This document shows positions 51,555 through 60,567 of a stretch of DNA of 64,000 nt, one piece after another. This DNA comes from Desulfosudaceae bacterium. Its GTDB lineage: Bacteria > Desulfobacterota > Desulfobacteria > Desulfobacterales > Desulfosudaceae. Within the stretch, counting starts at the first letter, position 1, and the number at the start of each line of letters is the position of its first letter. The stretch lies in contig CAXXDV010000003.1 of assembly GCA_963674745.2 (NCBI GenBank), forward strand, positions 1,408,001 to 1,472,000, given 5' to 3'. The notes below the pieces were generated by a model. The model ran no database searches, was not told the DNA's origin, and saw only the letters and a list, made by a program, of their open reading frames with translations. The translations under genes and the position numbers were made by a program.

Positions 51555-52748
51555 ATGAGAAAAGGTATTTTAATGGTTATGCTTCTTGTGGCGAGCCTCC
51601 TGTCCGGAAGTGCTTTTGCCGAAGATATTAACATACACGGCAGTATTTCGCAGGGCTTTCTCAAGACAACCAACTTTAACTATTTAACCGATGATTCAAA
51701 AGAAGGCATTTATCAGTTCAATGAAATGAATGCCAATTTTTCATCCCGCATAAGTGAAAAATTTCATATCGGGTTTGGCCTCAGCTCCCGGAACCTGGGC
51801 GAATTCGGCGGTACGGAAGTGGAATTAAACTGGGCTTATGGCGATTATCGTTTCAAGGATTATCTCGGTATGCGGGTCGGAAGGCTTAAAATGCCCATCG
51901 GTCTGTACAACGAAACCCGGGAAATGGACATGTTCCGGACGTGTATCATTTTACCGCCTGTTTATCCCGAGGCATACAGGGATTTCTGGTCACATATTGA
52001 TGGTGCCGGTATTTACGGTAACATCCAGGCGGGCCCCCTGGGTACATTTTCATACCAGGTGAACATCGGCACAGAGAAGGTGCCAGCAGACGGCGGAACC
52101 GCTTTGTATTACAATGAGCGCTTGAGTGCACTGAACGCGAACATTTCCCGCATCCATGTGGTTGATACGGTGTCTGCCTTCAGTTTAAAGTGGGAAACGC
52201 CGTTACCCGGCCTGGAGCTGAGTCAGACGTATATGGATCTTGGCACGCCGGAATTGACGTCATCGTTTTTCCATCCCCTTCTGGGTGACCTGAACGGTAT
52301 CATTTATGGCAAAGATATGTTCATCACCTTCTCCTCAATGAAGTATGACTATAATAATTTTGGTTTTGCCGCCGAATTTTTTAACTTTGAATTCGACAGC
52401 ATGATCATTACCGACGACGGCTTCAAACTGCTTGACTCAAAAGAGACGAAAATCATGGGCTGGTACGTAAACCCCACCTACCGCTTTACGGACTGGTTAG
52501 AAACAGGTATTTACTACTCGGAGTTTTATCCGACCAAAGGTCAAAGAGACGAGGAATATCTGGAGGATACCTGCCTGTCGCTCCGATTTGACCTGAATTA
52601 CAACTGGATCGTTAAGCTGGAAGCGCACCGGTTGAAAGGCATCGGTTATGTCGTGCAAAGTCACAATTCCGCCAAGGATTTCAGTTCCGGTGATTTTAAT
52701 GACGAAACGTGGTCCTTGTATGCATTAAAAATGACTTATAACTTCTAA
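51555..52748 (+). CDS. Porin-like outer-membrane beta-barrel
   Basis: Signal peptide; ELNWAYGDY...RVGRLKMPIGLYNETRE; LRFDL...VKLEAH; terminal YNF. Confidence 0.8.
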   Translation: MRKGILMVMLLVASLLSGSAFAEDINIHGSISQGFLKTTNFNYLTDDSKEGIYQFNEMNANFSSRISEKFHIGFGLSSRNLGEFGGTEVELNWAYGDYRFKDYLGMRVGRLKMPIGLYNETREMDMFRTCIILPPVYPEAYRDFWSHIDGAGIYGNIQAGPLGTFSYQVNIGTEKVPADGGTALYYNERLSALNANISRIHVVDTVSAFSLKWETPLPGLELSQTYMDLGTPELTSSFFHPLLGDLNGIIYGKDMFITFSSMKYDYNNFGFAAEFFNFEFDSMIITDDGFKLLDSKETKIMGWYVNPTYRFTDWLETGIYYSEFYPTKGQRDEEYLEDTCLSLRFDLNYNWIVKLEAHRLKGIGYVVQSHNSAKDFSSGDFNDETWSLYALKMTYNF

Positions 52749-52771
52749 TATAACCGGCTATTTCTCTGTCA

Positions 52772-52814
52772 AGGAGAGACGGCACCCGTAATGGGTTGCC
52801 GTCTCTCCTGTTTT
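52772..52814 (+). terminator. Rho-independent terminator
   Basis: AGGAGAGACGGCACCC-loop-GGGTTGCCGTCTCTCCT followed by GTTTT. Confidence 0.8.
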
Positions 52815-52900
52815 CAGGCAGATCTCTTTGTTGCTCCCGACCCGAAGCACCGAATTTCATATTTATAACTTGAATTAACGATATTAATAAGGAAACCGTG

Positions 52901-53350
52901 ATGAAAAAAACAGGACTAAAAACACTGATTGGCGTTTCCCTTCTTCTGCTCTTTACCGTAAACGTTTACGCCCATTGTGAAATTCCATGCGGAATTTATG
53001 ACGATGAAATGAGAGTAACAATGATCATGGAACATATTACCACCATTGAAAAGTCCATGAACCAGATCAATGCCCTTTCAAAAGACAAATCGGTAAACTA
53101 CAATCAGCTTGTCCGCTGGGTTACCAACAAGGAACAACATGCCGATGAAGCCCAGCATATCATCACCCAGTATTTTATGACCCAGCGCATCAAGCCCGAC
53201 ATGGACAAATATACCGATAACCTCGTATTACTCCACAAAATGCTGATTTACTGCATGAAGTGCAAACAGGAGACAGAGCTGGATCATGTCGAGAAATTAA
53301 GGGTGCTGACAAAAGCGTTCCACGACCTGTATTTTCACAAACACAAATAA
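52901..53350 (+). CDS. sodN: Nickel superoxide dismutase with Sec-type signal peptide
   Basis: Ni-hook HCEIPCGIYD directly after VYA; NQLVRWVTNKEQHA, YFMTQRIK. Confidence 0.94.
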   Translation: MKKTGLKTLIGVSLLLLFTVNVYAHCEIPCGIYDDEMRVTMIMEHITTIEKSMNQINALSKDKSVNYNQLVRWVTNKEQHADEAQHIITQYFMTQRIKPDMDKYTDNLVLLHKMLIYCMKCKQETELDHVEKLRVLTKAFHDLYFHKHK

Positions 53351-53381
53351 ATCCGTCCACAAACCCGTTAAAGGGAGGACC

Positions 53382-54188
53382 ATGAAGCGACTGTTCTGCA
53401 AATCAATACTGATAGGTGCTTTGATACTGGTGGCTTCCGTTGCCTGGTCGTTTTACGGGAATTCCCCGTGGACAATCTCCATCGGGTCGGACCGCGTTAT
53501 CGAATTTCAATCCGAAAAAAGAATATCTTACTGCAACCGGCGTTATGCCTTTGTCGTCGCCGGACAACCGGACCGAATATTTCTGTCCCCTGAGGATGAA
53601 CGCAGCATAAAAGCCTTACGCCAGGGACTGGAACAAATGGGTTATTCTCCGGATATCTTTATCCTGGACGAAAATACCGCGACAGTTGAGGCGATACCTT
53701 TTGAACAATTTCTCAAGCTGGACATTGTTTTTGAGGATCTGCCGGTGGGCGGGCCGGAGAAATACCCGGATATTGACTGTGCCGGGGACCCTGAGGGGCA
53801 TTCGTTTAACGCGCCGATCCGAAAAAAAGGCAGAGAATTCGTCGCCGTTTTATCGTCCGACAGGAAAACCTTCCACAAATATTCATGCTGCATTCCGGGT
53901 ATTATTCCGTTTTTCGGTCGCTCGCAATGGATTCAAAAAGAGCCTTATCACAGCGGCACCCTGTTTCTGGAAATTTTTGACACGGAACATCCGGAAAGGC
54001 CCGTAGCGCGCCTGGAAAAAACATTTAAAGACGTCTGGCTGCTGCCTTCAATTTTCGACATGGCCTGCTGGGTGCAGGGAACTGAAGCGCCCATGCTGGT
54101 AGTGGCTGACAATGAAAGCACTTTGAAGAATATACCCGGCCGGGTGCTGCTGATCCGCCCTGCTTTTGATACAGTGAACACGCCATGA
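53382..54188 (+). CDS. Exported hypothetical protein
   Basis: RBS GGAGG; N-terminal hydrophobic segment; ATGA overlap with the next gene. Confidence 0.7.
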   Translation: MKRLFCKSILIGALILVASVAWSFYGNSPWTISIGSDRVIEFQSEKRISYCNRRYAFVVAGQPDRIFLSPEDERSIKALRQGLEQMGYSPDIFILDENTATVEAIPFEQFLKLDIVFEDLPVGGPEKYPDIDCAGDPEGHSFNAPIRKKGREFVAVLSSDRKTFHKYSCCIPGIIPFFGRSQWIQKEPYHSGTLFLEIFDTEHPERPVARLEKTFKDVWLLPSIFDMACWVQGTEAPMLVVADNESTLKNIPGRVLLIRPAFDTVNTP

Positions 54189-55246
54189 CCAGAACCAGGA
54201 AAATCATTTTTCTCATACTGTTGTTTCCGGCAGCAGTTGTCGCCGGTATTTTGTTTTATATCATCACCTGGGAATATGGAGGACACTTCAAAAAAATCGC
54301 TTTCAGCCGAAACGGCGACGCCCTTCTGGCCATTGAAAACGGTACGGAAATATTCCTCTGGGATGTGTCAACCGGTCATGATGTGCGCGTGATGCGAAAG
54401 CCTTATTTTAAGGGTGGCGCCGATTATATCGCATTCAGTCCTGACGGACGCACTGCCGTTTCCGGTGGAACGGACGGCATCGTTCTCTGGGATATTATAG
54501 AAGGCAGAATGCTTCATGTTTTTGAAGACTCCCGCCCTCTCCCGACAAAAACTTCCGGCCCCTGTGTAGCATTCAGCCCGGGCGGAAGATTCATTCTTTC
54601 GGGTGATTCGGAAGAAAGCCTTGTTTTATGGAACGTCGAAGACTATTCAAGAGAACGAATATTTGTGAATGATCACTGCGAACAAAGCAACGGATCAGAA
54701 ACAAATATCTGCTGCATTTCGTTTAGCAGGGACGGCCGATTGGCCTTAACGGCCGGAAAACGTCTTGTGGTATGGGATGTCGAAACAGGAAGCAAAAACC
54801 GTATTTTTACCGGACATAAAAAAGAGATAATCAACGCTTCCATTACCGATGACCAACAACATGTCGTATCCGGCGGTTTTGATCAGACCCTAAAAAAATG
54901 GTCTCTGGACACCGGTAAAGAAATTTCTTCTTTACGCGTTGATCAATACCCGACAAGCATTTCCTTCAGCCCGGACGGCCGATACGGCCTGACGGGAGAA
55001 ACCCGAGGAGAGCTTAAAGTGTGGGACATGAAAAAAGGTGTTTTCCTTTTTGCGCTGAATGCTCGGCGAGACAAAGGCGTATTATCAATCGCCGTAAGCC
55101 CTGATGGTAATAAAGTCGCGGCGGGATTAAACGGAAAAATGAAACTGTGGGACCTTCATACCGGTAAAGAACTCCTGACGTTCAGAAGAAAACCGACGAT
55201 TCCGCTGATCCTGAACGATCTTGTCTGGTCATATGTTAAGATATGA
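54185..55246 (+). CDS. WD40-repeat beta-propeller with N-terminal TM anchor
   Basis: Seven AFSPDG...LWD-type repeats. Confidence 0.92.
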   Translation: MTRTRKIIFLILLFPAAVVAGILFYIITWEYGGHFKKIAFSRNGDALLAIENGTEIFLWDVSTGHDVRVMRKPYFKGGADYIAFSPDGRTAVSGGTDGIVLWDIIEGRMLHVFEDSRPLPTKTSGPCVAFSPGGRFILSGDSEESLVLWNVEDYSRERIFVNDHCEQSNGSETNICCISFSRDGRLALTAGKRLVVWDVETGSKNRIFTGHKKEIINASITDDQQHVVSGGFDQTLKKWSLDTGKEISSLRVDQYPTSISFSPDGRYGLTGETRGELKVWDMKKGVFLFALNARRDKGVLSIAVSPDGNKVAAGLNGKMKLWDLHTGKELLTFRRKPTIPLILNDLVWSYVKI

Positions 55247-55281
55247 CACCGTGAAAACCGGTAAATAAAACGCCAGGGGGG

Positions 55282-56304
55282 ATGATGAAAATCCGAAGCA
55301 TTATTTTGACCTTAAGTATCGGCCTGGTTATTTTTTCCGTGTCCACGCTCATCAGCAGACCTGTCTTTGGGACCTCCAACATCGGCGTGTTTTGCGAATT
55401 CATGAAAAACATCTCGCCGATACTGATGGGGGTTTCATGTCTTTTCATCCTGCTCGCCACGACTAAATTGAGGATAGTCAGCATCATCGGCGTGGTCCTG
55501 ATAGCCGGCTCACTGGTGATCACCTGGTTCCTTGCCGAGCGTACCGGATATTCCATGGGAACATCCGGCTGGGTCAGCGGTTTTGTGGGGATTGTCGTTA
55601 TTATCCCGGCAGGACTTCTGCTATGCGGCCTGAGCGGTTTTATTTCATTGATCGATATAATGGAAAAAGACAATGCCGTTCAAAAACCGGTGATCATATC
55701 CGCCGCCTTTATCATCGTTCTCGGCATCGCGTATCATGTGTCCGCCAACTGGAAACCGGATATTTACAGCCTGGTTGAAACCATTAAAAACAGTGAAGAT
55801 GAATACGAACGTTTTTCAACAGCTGTAAGACTTACGGAGGTCAAAGACCACCGGCTCACACCGCTTCTTATCACACTCTTTGAAAACGACAATCCCCGCG
55901 TACGGGAAGCGGCTTTTGTGGCCGTGCGGGGAGAATCCAGGACCGCCGCGGCCGTCCGGCCGCTGCTGGCTGCGCTTAAAAAGGAGGCTGACGAAAAAAA
56001 CAGAGAGTGGATCATCCAGGCGCTGGGCATCATCGCCCCCCTTGCGGAGCCTTTCGATCAAACTGAAATTATTGAAACCCTGATTCACATTCTTAAAAAT
56101 GGAAATGGTGGCATAAAAGAGAAAGCCGCCGAGAGCCTCGGCTATATCAAGGACAAACGGGCCATACAGCCCCTTATTGACGCGCTGAGCGATAAAAACG
56201 CCGCTTTTGGCGCCCATAATTCCCTGATCACAATCACCGGCATGCGGTTCGAAGGTGACCCCGAGGTGTGGAAGCAATGGCTGGCCACGCAGAACAAGAA
56301 ATGA
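55282..56304 (+). CDS. Membrane protein with C-terminal HEAT/PBS-lyase repeats
   Basis: About five TM helices; PRVREAA, AAESLGYIKDKRAIQPLIDAL, SLITITG...WKQW. Confidence 0.85.
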   Translation: MMKIRSIILTLSIGLVIFSVSTLISRPVFGTSNIGVFCEFMKNISPILMGVSCLFILLATTKLRIVSIIGVVLIAGSLVITWFLAERTGYSMGTSGWVSGFVGIVVIIPAGLLLCGLSGFISLIDIMEKDNAVQKPVIISAAFIIVLGIAYHVSANWKPDIYSLVETIKNSEDEYERFSTAVRLTEVKDHRLTPLLITLFENDNPRVREAAFVAVRGESRTAAAVRPLLAALKKEADEKNREWIIQALGIIAPLAEPFDQTEIIETLIHILKNGNGGIKEKAAESLGYIKDKRAIQPLIDALSDKNAAFGAHNSLITITGMRFEGDPEVWKQWLATQNKK

Positions 56305-56309
56305 TACCG

Positions 56310-56840
56310 CTATTTCTTTCCTATTTCCACCGTTTCCAGATAGATTCTCACCGTGTTGAGGGTATTGACAAACACCTGCTTGCCGGCATCGGCAATGGCC
56401 TGTGACTCGACATTGCCGCACAATTGTGCAAAAAGGGTCCCCACCACGATGGCGGGGTCGGCTTCGTCCATGTTGGTGTTCATAGCATCGATATAGCATT
56501 GAATCCGATCCCGGATGGCGGCAAAATAATCAACCGTCTTACCATCCGTGCCGACTGAAGCCATGGTGGAGATCTGGCCGGCAAACTTGTGTATGGAAAG
56601 CCAGAAGGCCTCGGCCAGTTCGTTTTTTAAGGGATGGTCGTTCATGAAGTATGCCACTGCCCATCCGGTAAAAACAATCCGCATTAATTGAAGTTCATAT
56701 TCAACGGTGGTTTTGTTGATACCCGGATCGTCATCGGGCAGCCTGGCGAGTTCCTTCTTGATCGTCTCCCGGCTGGTGGCCACCCCGGTCAGCACCTCAA
56801 CGGCCCGGTCAATCGTGTGGTCTGCCTTATCTTCAGTCAT
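56310..56840 (-). CDS. Hypothetical helical protein
   Basis: 176-aa ORF with RBS GAGG filling the gap between convergent genes. Confidence 0.7.
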   Translation of the reverse strand: MTEDKADHTIDRAVEVLTGVATSRETIKKELARLPDDDPGINKTTVEYELQLMRIVFTGWAVAYFMNDHPLKNELAEAFWLSIHKFAGQISTMASVGTDGKTVDYFAAIRDRIQCYIDAMNTNMDEADPAIVVGTLFAQLCGNVESQAIADAGKQVFVNTLNTVRIYLETVEIGKK

Positions 56841-57005
56841 GTCAACCTCATGTAAAAAATGGATGTTTATTTAACTCTTTTTGTCTTTTCATACTGAACC
56901 TGATTTGTAAAGAGATGACGTTTCCATTATTTGCCTTTTAAACAATATAGGTATATTAAAAGATCAATCTGACAAACGGTTCATAAAAGACTCGGGGGGG
57001 AACAA

Positions 57006-57488
57006 ATGAAAACGATCGGAACGATTCTTCTGATTTTTTGTATTATCGCCGGACAGAGCTTATGTTTTGCTGATATGGAAAACACTCAGAACGCAGGAGA
57101 AGTGACAATCGTCCTAAGGGGCATGGATAAGCCGCCGCCGACAAGTCTTGTAAAATTCGTTTTCAGCGGGGACGGATCAGATACGATTCAATTCAGCATC
57201 GCGGACACGGAAATTTCAACCAAGACTGAATTGTCTGGAGATGATGTTGAGAATACCCGGTTGAATGTGAAATTGTTGGATGAAGACATGCGTCCCGTTA
57301 CAATTATTTCAAAATCAATGGGGCCGGCTCATACTTACAATAATCTGTCTTTGAAAGAAGGCACATACACCCTCGATATTTCCCAAAGCGGTCCTGGAGA
57401 CTGGGAAATAGCCTTGATTGTCCCTGATATGATTTATTTTTTGAGTTCCGATTATGAATCTAAAACACTCTTTTATGAGCCTGAGTGA
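57006..57488 (+). CDS. Exported hypothetical protein (beta-sandwich-like)
   Basis: Signal peptide; LSLKEGTYTLDISQSGPGDWEI. Confidence 0.7.
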   Translation: MKTIGTILLIFCIIAGQSLCFADMENTQNAGEVTIVLRGMDKPPPTSLVKFVFSGDGSDTIQFSIADTEISTKTELSGDDVENTRLNVKLLDEDMRPVTIISKSMGPAHTYNNLSLKEGTYTLDISQSGPGDWEIALIVPDMIYFLSSDYESKTLFYEPE

Positions 57489-57746
57489 TCTGCAAACGGT
57501 TTCAACAGGCGATCCATCACCTTTCTGATTGTCGGCGAGCTTGACCCGGAATTAAAAATCCCGCAATTGTCGTTTTTTAGTGGTATAAAGACAATTATAC
57601 TGGTAAAATATTTATTTAAAATTCAGGCTAGGTTTGTCATAGACCGCGTCCGAACCGGGTCTGTTTAATCGACAATCATTTCAACAACCGTTTGGTCTTT
57701 TACCGGATTTCGGTGATAAGGACCGGATGCTGCCAAGGAGGAAACT

Positions 57747-58754
57747 ATGAAAAAAACATCCCGTAAGGTATTGGTCCTGGCCGTTTTAACATTGATCCTG
57801 GTTGTGGCTTTTCCGCTCGCATCCATGGCCGGAACGTATCGCACCATCATTGCTTTCGGCGACAGCCTGTCCGATCATTTTGGTCTTGCCAGCTATATCG
57901 GGCTTTACGATCCCTTGAGAAACCCTAACGGCGCACTCGACTCCTGGACCAATGGGGACGTCTGGGTGGAGTACCTGGCCGACGACCTTAACGCCGAACT
58001 GGACAACAACGCCATTGCCGGGGCCATGACACTGGGCCATGAGAATCCCGCCATTCAGGCCCAGACGGATACCGGAAACCTGCCGCCTCTGGGTCTGGTG
58101 GGTCAGGTCAACCGGTTTGTAGGTGAAGGCACCATGTTCGATCCGAACACCACCTTATTCACCATCTGGATCGGCGGCAATGACCTTTTAAAGTTCGGCC
58201 GGGGAGAATCCGCTTTTACCGATCCCCAGGCATTGATAGCCAGTGCCGTGGATAATATCATTAATTCCATGAGCGCCCTGGCCAGCGTTGGTGCCCAGAA
58301 CATTCTGGTCATTAACCTGCCCGACCTGGGCAAGGCCCCGGCCTATAACAGCAAATCGGCTCAGGAGATCCAAGCCGCAACCGGCCTGGCAATGGCTTTT
58401 AATGCCGCCCTGGCCCAGGGGATTAACGCTTTCAGCGCGATTTTTCCCGATGTGACGGTGATCTCTTTTGATATATTCACCAATTTGAATGAAATCATCA
58501 ACAGCGGCATCTTTGCAAATGTCACCGGCACTTACATGGTGCTCGATGCAAACGGAGACCGTACCGGGGCGACCAACGAACCGGCCGGAGATTACCTCTT
58601 CTGGGACGCCATTCATCCTACTACTAAAGCCCATGAAAATGTGGCGACTGAAATCGGTGATGTTCTGGCCGCCATGGGCATCGTACCTGCCAGTGACGGT
58701 CATGGCAGCTCCACCTGTTTTATCGATACGCTCGGCCTGGTGTCGAACTGGTAA
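57747..58754 (+). CDS. SGNH/GDSL esterase-lipase with C-terminal CFI motif
   Basis: AFGDSLSD, WIGGNDL, NLPDLG, FWDAIHPT; ends GSSTCFIDTLGLVSNW. Confidence 0.93.
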   Translation: MKKTSRKVLVLAVLTLILVVAFPLASMAGTYRTIIAFGDSLSDHFGLASYIGLYDPLRNPNGALDSWTNGDVWVEYLADDLNAELDNNAIAGAMTLGHENPAIQAQTDTGNLPPLGLVGQVNRFVGEGTMFDPNTTLFTIWIGGNDLLKFGRGESAFTDPQALIASAVDNIINSMSALASVGAQNILVINLPDLGKAPAYNSKSAQEIQAATGLAMAFNAALAQGINAFSAIFPDVTVISFDIFTNLNEIINSGIFANVTGTYMVLDANGDRTGATNEPAGDYLFWDAIHPTTKAHENVATEIGDVLAAMGIVPASDGHGSSTCFIDTLGLVSNW

Positions 58755-58770
58755 ATCGCGACCTTTATAA

Positions 58771-58805
58771 TGTTCCGGGTCGCCAATTGAAGGCGACCCG
58801 GAACA
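58771..58805 (+). terminator. Stem-loop, probable terminator
   Basis: TGTTCCGGGTCGCC-AATTGAA-GGCGACCCGGAACA, a perfect 14-bp stem after the GDSL stop; weak U-tract. Confidence 0.65.
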
Positions 58806-58972
58806 ACTCTATCAAAAAACTTTCAGACCTATTGTTCTCTTGTCATCCTGCCTCTTCTTCGCTTTTCTTTTCATCCCGGCCATCGATTAATGTTGTGTTA
58901 AAATTATAATAACGCTATTTATGGTAGCAATTTTTATTAAATCAAACCGTTAACTGATTCCGGCCCCAAACA

Positions 58973-60466
58973 ATGAAAGACGAACACAAAACAAAAAAGC
59001 AGCTCGTAGAAGAATTAGCTGAATTACGAAGGCTGATCAATAAAACAGATTCGGCTGTACGGGTGTCTGATAAAGACCGACTGGTTTTAAATGCCGCCGG
59101 CGAAGGAATTATCGTTCTTGATACCCAGGGAAAACATTCTTTTGTCAATCCATCCGCGGCCAGAATGCTGGGTTACCCGGTTTCTGAACTGACGGGGGTG
59201 GAGAGCCATTCTCTCTGGCACTATAACAAATCCGACGGCAGTACTTATCCTGAAGAAGAATGCCCCATCTATGCCGCCTACAAGGACGGCAAAGTCCATA
59301 GCGGTGATGACGAGATTTTCTGGAGAAAGGACGGCACCTATTTTCCTGTTCAATACACAAGTACCCCCATCATTGAGGTTGGAGAAATTTTAGGCGCTGT
59401 CGTTACGTTCATGGATATAACGAAACGCAAGCGCATGGAAAAATCACTTAAGCTGGATGAAGAACGCCTTGAATCCCTCCTGAAGCTGACACGCATGGAT
59501 GTCACCTCTGAAAAAGAAATCACGGATTTTGCCCTGGAAGAAGCCGTTCGCCTCACGAGAAGCAAAGGCGGATATCTGCATTTTTTTGATGAAGACAAAC
59601 AAACCATTCATCTTTTTTCATGGTCAAAAGACGTACTGGAAACATGTACAGCGGAACAGGATCATCATTATCCCCTGACATCCGCCGGCATATGGGCAGA
59701 CAGCGTTCGATTCAAAAAAGTGGTTATTCATAACGATTATCAATCGCTGGCCCATAAAAGAGGCCTCCCGGAAGGTCATTTTCATTTAATCCGTCATCTG
59801 GGTGTCCCGATCTTTGATGGAAACCGTATTGTGGGCGTTACCGGGGTGGGCAATAAGGAAGACCCTTATGATACATCCGATGCCCGTCAGATAACGCTGT
59901 TCATGCACAATATGTGGCGGATAATGCAACAGAAACGCCTGGAACAGGAAAGGGAAAAGCTGGTCATCGAACTTAAAGAGCTGTCATTAAAAGACGAGCT
60001 CACAGGCCTTTATAATCGTCGCGGATTCTTATCGATAATGACACAGCAATGCGCGGTCGTTAAGCGGGTTCAAAAAAATGCCATGTTGATTTTTATCGAC
60101 CTGGATGGGTTGAAACTGATCAATGATCGATACGGGCACGCAGAGGGTGATCAGGCTTTAATCCGTACAGCCGATATTTTAAAAAACACGTTCAGGGAAA
60201 CAGATATCATCGGAAGGATCGGCGGGGATGAATTTGCTGTTTTCGGCATGATTATGGATGATAAAAATTTCGATACCGTCACTTCCAGAATAAAAGAAAA
60301 ATTTGAAAAACGGATCAACGAATATAACGCCCAGACCGAAAAACCATATCGCATTTCTTTGAGCTACGGCATATCCTTTGCCGAGTACCAAAATGAATTC
60401 TCCTGTGATTCAATGTTGTCCGAGGCGGATGAGAAAATGTATTTTCAAAAACAGAAGAAACGTTGA
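58973..60466 (+). CDS. Diguanylate cyclase (PAS-GAF-GGDEF)
   Basis: FVNPSAARMLGY...FWRKDGTYFPV (PAS); GAF; DELTGLYNRRGF, RETD I-site, GGDEF. Confidence 0.95.
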   Translation: MKDEHKTKKQLVEELAELRRLINKTDSAVRVSDKDRLVLNAAGEGIIVLDTQGKHSFVNPSAARMLGYPVSELTGVESHSLWHYNKSDGSTYPEEECPIYAAYKDGKVHSGDDEIFWRKDGTYFPVQYTSTPIIEVGEILGAVVTFMDITKRKRMEKSLKLDEERLESLLKLTRMDVTSEKEITDFALEEAVRLTRSKGGYLHFFDEDKQTIHLFSWSKDVLETCTAEQDHHYPLTSAGIWADSVRFKKVVIHNDYQSLAHKRGLPEGHFHLIRHLGVPIFDGNRIVGVTGVGNKEDPYDTSDARQITLFMHNMWRIMQQKRLEQEREKLVIELKELSLKDELTGLYNRRGFLSIMTQQCAVVKRVQKNAMLIFIDLDGLKLINDRYGHAEGDQALIRTADILKNTFRETDIIGRIGGDEFAVFGMIMDDKNFDTVTSRIKEKFEKRINEYNAQTEKPYRISLSYGISFAEYQNEFSCDSMLSEADEKMYFQKQKKR

Positions 60467-60500
60467 AGGATGAATTCCGGGCAATGGAATCAAAAACAAA

Positions 60501-60532
60501 AAAGCGGGAGCAGATTGATCTGCTCCCGCTTT
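60501..60532. terminator. Bidirectional terminator between convergent genes
   Basis: AAAGCGGGAGCAGAT-TG-ATCTGCTCCCGCTTT with A- and T-rich flanks. Confidence 0.85.
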
Positions 60533-60567
60533 ATTGTTTTATTCATCCTTTTAGAATGGAATACGAC

